DNA of 64,000 bases from a virus. The stretch lies in the IMG/VR virus record IMGVR_UViG_3300020165_003419, positions 34,300-98,299 of that record; one strand, given 5' to 3'. The stretch's first letter is position 1. Every line of letters starts with the position of its first letter. The translations under genes and the position numbers were made by a program. Of the stretch, positions 48,745 through 56,842 are shown piece by piece. The notes under the pieces were generated by a model. The model ran no database searches and was not told the DNA's origin. It saw only the letters and a list, made by a program, of their open reading frames with translations.

Positions 48745-49839
48745 CTATCCCTTTGTTTTTAATGCGTACGCAATAATTTCCTTAAGGCGCACCTCGGAAA
48801 GATCAGACTTATGTTGGTCCATATCACGCTTACCAGGGAAGTCCTCTTCAACAACCTCTTCATCTTCTTCGTCTTCTTCGTCTAAACGACGTCCAGATGC
48901 ATCACGCCCAGCAACTCGATCGGCACGATCGGTTTTGGACTGTTCATCAACGGTTTCATCAGCGTCATCTGCTGCATCTTCCATTGATTCACCCTTATTG
49001 CCATCTTTATCGAGATCTAAAAAGTCTGGCTTTTCGCCTTCTTCTAACTCTTCATCATCATGATCGCGCTTAGCAGGGTGCCCATCGTGACCTTCGGCAA
49101 GCGAAGCATCTGTAATTTGGATATCCTCAACCGCGACATTTTCTAAGATTGTTCCATCTTTAAGTTTCATGTCATAGTGAGTAACCTTACCAAGCTTTTC
49201 GCTCCAGTTGTGAGAGATTGCTTCAGCCATTTGAGTACCACCATTGTGGCTTACACCGCCGTGGTGAACACAATAATGGTTAGGGGCAAATGCGCCTGCC
49301 TCTTCATTAATATTTTCTTCTACGCTTTCATTAAGCTTACTGAGGTCCATTTTAAAACCCCAGTTCTCTGAAAGGAGACTTTTCAACTCTCCGTTCTTCC
49401 AATCTTTTGTTGACATGTTAGTGTCTCCTTTTTGTAAATGTTCAAAATAAATAGTATTGTTTTGCTTTAAAGTGTCTTCAAAATCACGAAGACACATGCT
49501 GCCATCGCGATTAGCTTCAATTTCCATTTGTCGTAAGTGCGGATCTTTTTGGGCATATCCTTCTCCCATTTCACCAACATCATCAAATTTGCCTTCGCAA
49601 TTTTGTTTATGATGCACTAATTCATGGCCAAGAGAACGCAAAATATCTTTTGGATGACGGTTAGTCGTATACAGAGTCACGGCTTTTTCTTGTGGGTCAT
49701 AGTAAGCAGTTTTTCCTAATGGGTTCGCTGCATTTTTTGAATCTTGTTTTAAAAATAGCCGCGGCGGATTCTTGAACCCTATCTTTTCTTGCGCAAACGG
49801 CATAAACTGAAGAATTAGGTTTTTTAGGACGTCATTCAC
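48745..49839 (-). CDS. HExxH metallopeptidase with acidic C-terminal head-protein-like region
   Basis: RSLGHELVHHKQ..EIEAN; DFLDLDKDGNKGE Ca-binding-like loop; probable internal start at 49416. Confidence 0.7.
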   Translation of the reverse strand: MNDVLKNLILQFMPFAQEKIGFKNPPRLFLKQDSKNAANPLGKTAYYDPQEKAVTLYTTNRHPKDILRSLGHELVHHKQNCEGKFDDVGEMGEGYAQKDPHLRQMEIEANRDGSMCLRDFEDTLKQNNTIYFEHLQKGDTNMSTKDWKNGELKSLLSENWGFKMDLSKLNESVEENINEEAGAFAPNHYCVHHGGVSHNGGTQMAEAISHNWSEKLGKVTHYDMKLKDGTILENVAVEDIQITDASLAEGHDGHPAKRDHDDEELEEGEKPDFLDLDKDGNKGESMEDAADDADETVDEQSKTDRADRVAGRDASGRRLDEEDEEDEEVVEEDFPGKRDMDQHKSDLSEVRLKEIIAYALKTKG

Positions 49840-50173
49840 TTAAAAATACCTCTTTCTGGTCGTCAGAGTACCAAATATACTCTAAATAGTTACCAAATGG
49901 GTCTTTGACGTAAACTCCTACTGTACCGTCCCGATGTTTTACAACTATTCCTTTGTCAATAGGTAAATCTTCTTTATTTTTTACTAAAATACCGATATGC
50001 GCATGGGGATAATAATTTTTATCAATTAAGGCAATATTTGTGTTTTTTATTTGTATTCTAATATACTTTTTATCTTTGTGGGTTGTTATTCCAGATAAAT
50101 GTTCCAAATACCACTTTTCTGCTGCATCCAAGTCATCTACCAGAATAGCTATATGGTCAACTAGCGATTTCAT
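49832..50173 (-). CDS. VOC/glyoxalase-family protein
   Basis: VDHIAILVDDLDAAEKWY, HIGI, YVKDPFGNYLEY. Confidence 0.85.
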   Translation of the reverse strand: MKSLVDHIAILVDDLDAAEKWYLEHLSGITTHKDKKYIRIQIKNTNIALIDKNYYPHAHIGILVKNKEDLPIDKGIVVKHRDGTVGVYVKDPFGNYLEYIWYSDDQKEVFLSE

Positions 50174-50432
50174 CGTCTTGATCTCCTGCTTTTGATACTA
50201 AAGTTAGACTCAGTGCAAACAATTCTATTTCTTTACAAGAGTCGTCTAACGGCACTGCCGTACAAATCGAAATTAAACGATTAGATATTAATTTATTTGT
50301 AATATCGGTTATAATACCGTAGTGGGGCTCAAAGTCTTCTTTTTCACTACTCCAAATACTCCATTCAACTATATCACCTAATTGAAAATCTTCTGCAGCT
50401 AAACTACCATATGGGTTCTTGTCTTCCATCAC
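50157..50432 (-). CDS. Small SH3/KOW-like protein
   Basis: FQLGDIVEW...YGIIT...LTLVS. Confidence 0.6.
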   Translation of the reverse strand: MMEDKNPYGSLAAEDFQLGDIVEWSIWSSEKEDFEPHYGIITDITNKLISNRLISICTAVPLDDSCKEIELFALSLTLVSKAGDQDDEIAS

Positions 50433-50452
50433 ACAGTAAATATGTTGGTTTG

Positions 50453-50605
50453 TTACATTAATGTGTGTTTATCTTTAAAAGTTTCACTGTACATTAGAGC
50501 TAATATAGTCACTAAAGTAAACTCGTAACCATAAACAGCGTACATTGACCACGAAAGAAATAAAAATAAAGCTGTTTTCCAAAATTTTCCAAACTTAAAT
50601 AACAT
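50453..50605 (-). CDS. Small membrane protein (not in ORF track)
   Basis: MLFKFGKFWKTALFLFLSWSMYAVYGYEFTLVTILALMYSETFKDKHTLM*, 50 aa, TGATG-coupled to the upstream gene. Confidence 0.55.
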   Translation of the reverse strand: MLFKFGKFWKTALFLFLSWSMYAVYGYEFTLVTILALMYSETFKDKHTLM

Positions 50606-50901
50606 CAATCAAATCCTGATAGTAAAAACAAATCATCTGGCTCAACACAAACAAGATGTCCACATACAGTATACACTAAAGTTCTACCTTTGTAATCATA
50701 ATTTTCTTTTAATATGTATATCTTGGTGCCACGAGAAACTTTTTGAAACATTCTACTGTTCGGATCGTAACACATTTTGTCGCTTTCGCCTAACAAAATA
50801 TATGCCGGAATCAAGGGGCGCCCGGACTCCGTCTCACCAGCTATTTGATCTAAAATAATTTTTAGTAATTCGCTAGCGCCCGATGTTTTTTTCTGGGTCA
50901 T
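50605..50901 (-). CDS. Hypothetical protein
   Basis: 98 aa; CTAGTTA motif 4 nt before the ATG. Confidence 0.6.
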   Translation of the reverse strand: MTQKKTSGASELLKIILDQIAGETESGRPLIPAYILLGESDKMCYDPNSRMFQKVSRGTKIYILKENYDYKGRTLVYTVCGHLVCVEPDDLFLLSGFD

Positions 50902-51020
50902 ATTTTAACTAGCGATCAAACAAAGCAAATTTTACCATGACTAATTGATTGAACAGATAAAAGATGGATATTGTTTGTTTCTTTAAAAATACTATCTTCT
51001 TTTTCTAGAAAAATCTTTAA

Positions 51021-51347
51021 TTAAAATATCTCTAAGCCCCAAGCCATCGCCAAACCCATTATGCCTTGCACCACCATAAACATCGTCACAGCTTTTGTTT
51101 TAAATATTTTTAAATCTTCAACTTCCTGCAGTACTTCTCGCAACTGTGGAGGGGAAGCAACATCGTCCATTTTTTCTTTCCATACTTTAAGATCTTGAAC
51201 ACGATCTTCCTTAGCTTTCAATTCAGTTAGCTGTGTTTGTACCATTTGTAGTTCGCTTCGCAAACCTTCAATTCCACTCGAAAGAGTTTCAAGTTGTTGT
51301 AAAACTAACTTTGAGTAGGTTTCCCACCCGTTACCATTATTAGACAT
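51021..51347 (-). CDS. Coiled-coil protein with C-terminal TM helix
   Basis: Heptad-rich middle, hydrophobic C-terminus, GGAGG RBS. Confidence 0.65.
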   Translation of the reverse strand: MSNNGNGWETYSKLVLQQLETLSSGIEGLRSELQMVQTQLTELKAKEDRVQDLKVWKEKMDDVASPPQLREVLQEVEDLKIFKTKAVTMFMVVQGIMGLAMAWGLEIF

Positions 51348-51429
51348 AGTGCATCCTCCGCTAATAAGTAGTAAGTTAACGGCGACTAAACATGTTCAAC
51401 ACAACACCATATTCAATAATGGCTCATTA

Positions 51430-51996
51430 TTAAGTGATGTCATCCGCATACTTTACTTTTCTTGCTCTAATTTTTATATCGGGATACTGTTCTGATAATG
51501 CACTCACTGCTTCCACATTCTTTCCGGAATCATCAAAAAATAAAACGTCTGTGGCACCTGCATCAATCCTATCGGATATCCACGCTGCTTTATCTGCAGG
51601 GTCGGAACTACCTAAAAGTTCAAATGTAATCATAGATGTGTCAAGTCCAATACTCTCAAGATACTCTCTAATAGGACCTTCGGCCGCTGGATCTCTCGCC
51701 GTTAGAACGGCTATCTCCCTGCCTTCAGTGCCAGCGTTAAGAGCATTACGAATAATGTTAGTAATTTGTTTTATTTCTCTCGGATTGATAACATTATCAA
51801 ATTCAGAAAAGTCATACTCGTATCCTGGGTTCATTTTATGGTTCGCATATTCGTCGGTGGTCATTTCAATTCTTTCACCGGTGTCAGTTGTAATATGAAT
51901 ATTGGAATCAGACTTTGCGATTGTGTCATCAAAGTCAAACACACGCAGCTTTGATTCAGTTAAATACTTTCGCCAATTTTCAAGTAGGAGTTTCAT
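51430..51996 (-). CDS. Leader-tagged HAD phosphatase (T4 PNK-phosphatase / RNA-repair HAD-like)
   Basis: MKLLLENWRKYLTE leader; VFDFDDTI, VLTAR, K, FFDDSGKN. Confidence 0.8.
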   Translation of the reverse strand: MKLLLENWRKYLTESKLRVFDFDDTIAKSDSNIHITTDTGERIEMTTDEYANHKMNPGYEYDFSEFDNVINPREIKQITNIIRNALNAGTEGREIAVLTARDPAAEGPIREYLESIGLDTSMITFELLGSSDPADKAAWISDRIDAGATDVLFFDDSGKNVEAVSALSEQYPDIKIRARKVKYADDIT

Positions 51997-52448
51997 TATG
52001 AATTTCCATCAAGAGTAGAAGTTATTGCGCTAAGAGCTTCACTATCATTCATACGATGATCACTGCCAACACTAATTAGTTTAGCTCCGTACATCTTCGA
52101 TAATAAACGACTATCACCATATGGTATAACATCATCCTGGCGAGAGTGTAATATCGTTGCTCCGGGCGGTATTGGGCACGTTGGGCAATATTTCTTCCAA
52201 GCCGGCGCAATAAGGACCATCTTACCGAGAGGTAGCTGCGCCGCCATGGCAACTGCACCCCCTCGTGAAGAGCCTACGACTGCATCCGGTAAGTGTTCTT
52301 CGTATGCATCTTTAGCTGCATCAACACTCCCTTGCCAATCGTCTCTTGAAAGCCGGGGCTCAATAACCTCATGCCCTGCCGCAGCAAGTGCTTTGGGTTT
52401 TGAGCCACCAGGCTTTGATTCTAATCCGTGGAGAAACAAAACTTTCAT
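51996..52448 (-). CDS. YqiA/YcfP-like alpha/beta hydrolase
   Basis: LFLHGLES, VVGSSRGG nucleophile elbow, HSRQDDVIP, SDHR. Confidence 0.85.
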   Translation of the reverse strand: MKVLFLHGLESKPGGSKPKALAAAGHEVIEPRLSRDDWQGSVDAAKDAYEEHLPDAVVGSSRGGAVAMAAQLPLGKMVLIAPAWKKYCPTCPIPPGATILHSRQDDVIPYGDSRLLSKMYGAKLISVGSDHRMNDSEALSAITSTLDGNS

Positions 52449-53071
52449 TTAGGGTTTCCGAGCATAATTTTTAATACATCTTTATTGCCAGCAATTTCTC
52501 TAGTATACCACCCGTTGATGCCTGGATATTTACCTTCGGGGTGTTCCCCTAACCAATTTATAGGCTTACCGGTTCCAAGAATTGACTGTACTTTTTCAGA
52601 ATCTTCGACAGCCGGCACATTATAATATTTTAACATAATATGCGCAATAGATTTAGACATTTCTGCGTAGTGTCCCGATTGGGATAACAATTCGGCAGTT
52701 TTATTAATGTAAGCATCCTTGCCGGCTTTAGAGCCATCATGCCCAGCCACTGAGAGTTTGGTTCCTGCGGACTTACGTTTTCCCCCGCGTAAAGCGTCGG
52801 GTTCGGGGTCGTCATCAAGATCAACAGCTACCCAGACATCTTCGTCCCCAGGTAACTGTCCTGAGTTTTTATAATCATAGTTCCCGCCGATGGGTGCGTA
52901 TGCAGTCTGTATCAGATCAAACAATTGATCTGAGAGATCAACATTCAATGGATCTCTTGATGCTTTGATGTCGGCTGGGTCTATCTCGGTCCACTGACCT
53001 TTGTCAGTATCCAGATCTTCCCATTTTTTTTCATTTAAATACTCTCGCCAATTTTCAAGTAAGAGTTTCAT
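52445..53071 (-). CDS. Leader-tagged hypothetical protein
   Basis: MKLLLENWREYLNE leader; LFDLIQTAYAPIGG core (possibly GNAT-like, unconfirmed). Confidence 0.7.
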   Translation of the reverse strand: MKLLLENWREYLNEKKWEDLDTDKGQWTEIDPADIKASRDPLNVDLSDQLFDLIQTAYAPIGGNYDYKNSGQLPGDEDVWVAVDLDDDPEPDALRGGKRKSAGTKLSVAGHDGSKAGKDAYINKTAELLSQSGHYAEMSKSIAHIMLKYYNVPAVEDSEKVQSILGTGKPINWLGEHPEGKYPGINGWYTREIAGNKDVLKIMLGNPK

Positions 53072-54096
53072 TATATGCTCCTCAAACTAAATAGCCCAAG
53101 ATCGGTTATAACAAAATTCTTGGTACCGGGTCGAACCATGACGTTTCCAGAATGAATATCTTTGGGTTGCCAGTTTTGTTGATCGAGAAAATGCTTCATT
53201 GCTCGCATCAAACCTTCGGCTTCAGGAAAGTTTCTCTCAACTTTCTCTCCAGCTTTGCCGGCAGCACTAACTCTACCGTGTCCACCGTGAACAGGCACAA
53301 TTTGTTTTTGAAGAATGTCTGTGTAAATCTCGCTAAGTTCTCTTTTAAAATACTTAGGCAACTGCTCATAGAATGAGGAATCTTGTTCTAAATAAGGAAG
53401 AGAAGCCTCTGCCACCAAATCAGATAACGTCTCCGCTGGTAAAAATTCCCAGTTGTGTCCGGACATTTCTGTTATCTTTTTCATCACAATGTTTGGTACT
53501 TCCTGCATAATATCTTGATAAACGTTTGGGTCACCTTGTCTCAACATAAGGTTTCCATACAAACCTTGTATGATAACTTCATAGATTGCTTCAGGATCTT
53601 TAAATAATCTAGTATATTTTTCGTGTCTTGACAAATCTGCATCATCTGAATTCAGAGCAAACAAGTCTGCTTTAACTCTATCGGGAATGTCTTCTAAGAG
53701 TTCCATAAATATAAAATAATCTTTTGTAGTCTCTTCTACATTATACACGTCTGGAAGGTATTTTGCAAATTTTTGATTCATCGAGGCTTTGTTATCCATA
53801 GCAAAGCGATAGTTTTGCGCTTCTCTGTCTGCCGTATCAGGACCTCCATAGAGTCTTTTTACAACATGCTTCATTGCATTGCGTTCACCAGTCTTTTTAT
53901 TCTCGACCAAATAAACTTCTCCCATCATACCCTTACCTAATTTGCGGTCAAAGTAAAATCCAGCATCTTCGGCGCCTTGCTTAGCACGAACTTTTTTATC
54001 TACTTCTACTTGATTCCAAGATTTGCCATCCATATCCATGGTGGCTTCTTCATCTTCGTTTACAAATTTTCGCCAATTTTCAAGTAGGAGTTTCAT
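53071..54096 (-). CDS. Leader-tagged protein kinase-like enzyme
   Basis: MKLLLENWRKFVNE leader; LGKGMMGEVY, AMK, E (alphaC), FMELL, KDIHSGNVM, ITDLG. Confidence 0.85.
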   Translation of the reverse strand: MKLLLENWRKFVNEDEEATMDMDGKSWNQVEVDKKVRAKQGAEDAGFYFDRKLGKGMMGEVYLVENKKTGERNAMKHVVKRLYGGPDTADREAQNYRFAMDNKASMNQKFAKYLPDVYNVEETTKDYFIFMELLEDIPDRVKADLFALNSDDADLSRHEKYTRLFKDPEAIYEVIIQGLYGNLMLRQGDPNVYQDIMQEVPNIVMKKITEMSGHNWEFLPAETLSDLVAEASLPYLEQDSSFYEQLPKYFKRELSEIYTDILQKQIVPVHGGHGRVSAAGKAGEKVERNFPEAEGLMRAMKHFLDQQNWQPKDIHSGNVMVRPGTKNFVITDLGLFSLRSI

Positions 54097-54425
54097 TAAA
54101 ATTGTATTCCCTCTTCTCGATACAGCGACGCTTCAATAATATTTAGAACTGTTTTAAGAACAGTTTTATCAGAAGCTAACTCTGGGCTTTCGAAAATGCC
54201 TTCATTTTCAGCATTATAAACATTCAGTTCGTCTGCTAAACCTTGGACATTTTTTATGCCCATTTTATATAAGTGAGAAGGGATATACATATTACTAGGT
54301 GTATGTGTGACAACATAGTGAGTTTTACCTTTGATTTTATTATTGCGTTTAGTGACATGAAAAGGCTCAATAGCACTTTTGTCTTCACCCAAATACCGGT
54401 GCCAATTTTCTATTAAAAGTTTCAT
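54096..54425 (-). CDS. Leader-tagged small hypothetical protein
   Basis: MKLLIENWHRYLGE leader. Confidence 0.7.
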   Translation of the reverse strand: MKLLIENWHRYLGEDKSAIEPFHVTKRNNKIKGKTHYVVTHTPSNMYIPSHLYKMGIKNVQGLADELNVYNAENEGIFESPELASDKTVLKTVLNIIEASLYREEGIQF

Positions 54426-56842
54426 GATATAAATCTTCTCCAGTTTCCTACAAGCTGTTCATTGACATCGTCAGTCCACGTCCCGGACATGTTTTGCGCT
54501 TGAATTTGAGCGAGAGTCTTATTAAATATAACCGTGAGATTATCTTCATCATCCATTTCACCGGTTACTAATTCTTTAAAAAGTTCTACACGTTCGGCAT
54601 TATCGTCTGCGTCGACTTTAAACTGTATTTGTACAACTCTCTCTTCACCACTTCTAGTAACAGTATAATGAGAAATATCTAAATGATATTCTGTTCCAAC
54701 TTCTTGTCTTGGGGCAGCTAACATATTCTGTCTTAGAAGCAGTTTAAACTCGCGAGAATCTAAAAGCCTCTCTAGTATCTGCGGAGACATTTTCCATTCC
54801 CCTGAGTCGTACTCAAAGCTCACAGAGGCATATGATTCATAGCTATCCTCATACTCTCCATCAGTTTCCACGTCCCACTCATAAGAATCTATATCTCCGT
54901 TCTCAATATCCATAGCGAGAGTCATATATTCGCCACCGACCATTTGACCTTCGCGCTTGAAGTATGTTGACAAAATTTCTTTCCACGCATCATGACGGTC
55001 ATCGATTAAAGAGTCAATTTTTTGACAAGCATCCGCGAACTCCTCTACTAGAGCATAATAAGATTGCCCGCCCAACTCTGGGTGTTCTAGATTTACGCCG
55101 CATGTCCAAAAGATGGTGTCGCCTTGACGACCCACGTAAGCTCGATCAGTAAAAAAATCTCCATATATATCGTTAATCGCATCTGGAGAATATTGAACAA
55201 CCCCGTCGATCGCGGTTGGTAGCCTACTCCAATCACTCACGTTCCACTCGATCACAACTTCGGCCGCACCCCTAATATACACGTCTTCTCCACCGTCATC
55301 TTCGACGTCAAAGCTAATTTTTGTAACAGCCGCACGTTGGTTCCAAGTATCAATAATCTCTTGACACTGATTTTCGTATGATGTTCTGATGTCTCCGATT
55401 AAGTCTGCGTCCAAATCATCTTCGGTTTCTGTGTTCTGCTTCATATTGCCGCTAACACGTTGTTCTATCCCTAACAATTGTCTCATTAGTGCTTCACGAC
55501 CCGATGCATTGGCGGTGTCCTCGTAGGAGCCACCAAAGATCATAAATCTATCTAAATTAATCTTGCCGTTTTCTTGTGGCATGTTTGCGATGACTTCTTC
55601 TTGGTTATCACGAGACCAGTCAGTAACTCTATCGACTAAACCGGGAATATCAGCACCGTATACTCGTTTCTCAGGCATCCCAACGTCTTGTCCGTCATCC
55701 CAGCGCTCCGGTTCATCTGTGTCATAATATCTAACATGACGAATGCGCGCCCGAGAAATTGGATTGATTTCACCAACATCATAGCGCTGATCATCATAAA
55801 AGATTTCACCTTCTTGAATTTCTTGCTCTGCGCTGTCTATATTACCCGTATTTGTGGTGCTCAGAAGCTCTTCTGTTTCCACAACATACGCAACCGCCCC
55901 GTGACCCCGGGCTTCTGCTACAGCACATTTATAATAGGACTGATAGGCGTTTGTACGGCTAGACGGAGAGTGGCAAGAGGTAATTTTGTCAAAATCACTC
56001 ATTCTGAGCACATCTATCGGATGTCGAGTAATAATAATGGAAAATTTGTCATTATCGATGTTATTTATCTCTTTTTTGATGAATGCAGCGTTCTTTTGCC
56101 AATACTCGCCGTATTTTGTTGCTAATTCGGTTAAATCATAGCCAGCGGGTCCTGCAACGCCCGGATTTACGATATATAAGTACATTTGATCGTTAATTCT
56201 GTTTAAATTCTCCAATTCTTTCTCATCGAGTGCAGCATTACGCATTTTCACTGTAACTTCGTGCCACTTGGCGATTGGTTGACCATTTGGACCTTTATAT
56301 CCAATACCAGCCAAGTAATCATAGACTTTTTGGTACAATGCGTCCTTTTTTCTGCTTAAATCGGCTATTTTTTTGAATAATTTGCCGATTTTCATCTGAA
56401 TCTTCTTAGTTTTCTTCTTTGGTTCCGGGTCACCAACCAACATACCCAGTAAATCGTCTGATGTGCGCAGATCACGCTCAGCAAAGACCATGCCCTTGTC
56501 CCAATCTACATCATACTCTTGAGATTCGAAGAATTTTGCAAACTTTCCAAGCTCTGTAGCTGGATCAAGGGTTGGAAACGGTATCACCGCGCGCATTTTG
56601 CCACCAAAAAGGTCATTTAAAGGCAGATTTGCTGGGTCGAGGTCATCTAATACATCTTCCAACACTCTCATCTCGTCTTCAGTGACTTCTCGGAGTACTT
56701 TTTCGTTAACAGGTACACAATTAGGTACATTTCTGTCACCTTTTTTCTTCATTCCCTTTTGCGTATAGCCATCCCAACATTTTTCTTGTAAAACATTAAG
56801 CAACGCGGTGGTTTTAGCTAAAATTTGTTCATCACTTAACAT
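54422..56842 (-). CDS. Large acidic hypothetical protein (probable internal head protein)
   Basis: N-term LQE|KCWDGYTQKGMKKKGDRNVPNCVP|VNE module; C-term QLVGNWRRFIS resembles the leader. Confidence 0.65.
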   Translation of the reverse strand: MLSDEQILAKTTALLNVLQEKCWDGYTQKGMKKKGDRNVPNCVPVNEKVLREVTEDEMRVLEDVLDDLDPANLPLNDLFGGKMRAVIPFPTLDPATELGKFAKFFESQEYDVDWDKGMVFAERDLRTSDDLLGMLVGDPEPKKKTKKIQMKIGKLFKKIADLSRKKDALYQKVYDYLAGIGYKGPNGQPIAKWHEVTVKMRNAALDEKELENLNRINDQMYLYIVNPGVAGPAGYDLTELATKYGEYWQKNAAFIKKEINNIDNDKFSIIITRHPIDVLRMSDFDKITSCHSPSSRTNAYQSYYKCAVAEARGHGAVAYVVETEELLSTTNTGNIDSAEQEIQEGEIFYDDQRYDVGEINPISRARIRHVRYYDTDEPERWDDGQDVGMPEKRVYGADIPGLVDRVTDWSRDNQEEVIANMPQENGKINLDRFMIFGGSYEDTANASGREALMRQLLGIEQRVSGNMKQNTETEDDLDADLIGDIRTSYENQCQEIIDTWNQRAAVTKISFDVEDDGGEDVYIRGAAEVVIEWNVSDWSRLPTAIDGVVQYSPDAINDIYGDFFTDRAYVGRQGDTIFWTCGVNLEHPELGGQSYYALVEEFADACQKIDSLIDDRHDAWKEILSTYFKREGQMVGGEYMTLAMDIENGDIDSYEWDVETDGEYEDSYESYASVSFEYDSGEWKMSPQILERLLDSREFKLLLRQNMLAAPRQEVGTEYHLDISHYTVTRSGEERVVQIQFKVDADDNAERVELFKELVTGEMDDEDNLTVIFNKTLAQIQAQNMSGTWTDDVNEQLVGNWRRFIS

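Larger units (their letters stand above)
51968..54098. repeat. Dispersed 31-bp direct repeat encoding the leader
   Basis: tttcgccaattttcaagtaggagtttcatta is identical at 51968-51998 and 54068-54098; 29-bp one-mismatch copy at 53045-53073; diverged copy at ~54401-54425. Confidence 0.85.

Noticed and set aside
51968-54425. 31-bp repeats as a CRISPR array or integron attC sites
   Set aside because: Copies are 0.3-1.1 kb apart, non-palindromic and lie in coding starts; no integrase in the window.
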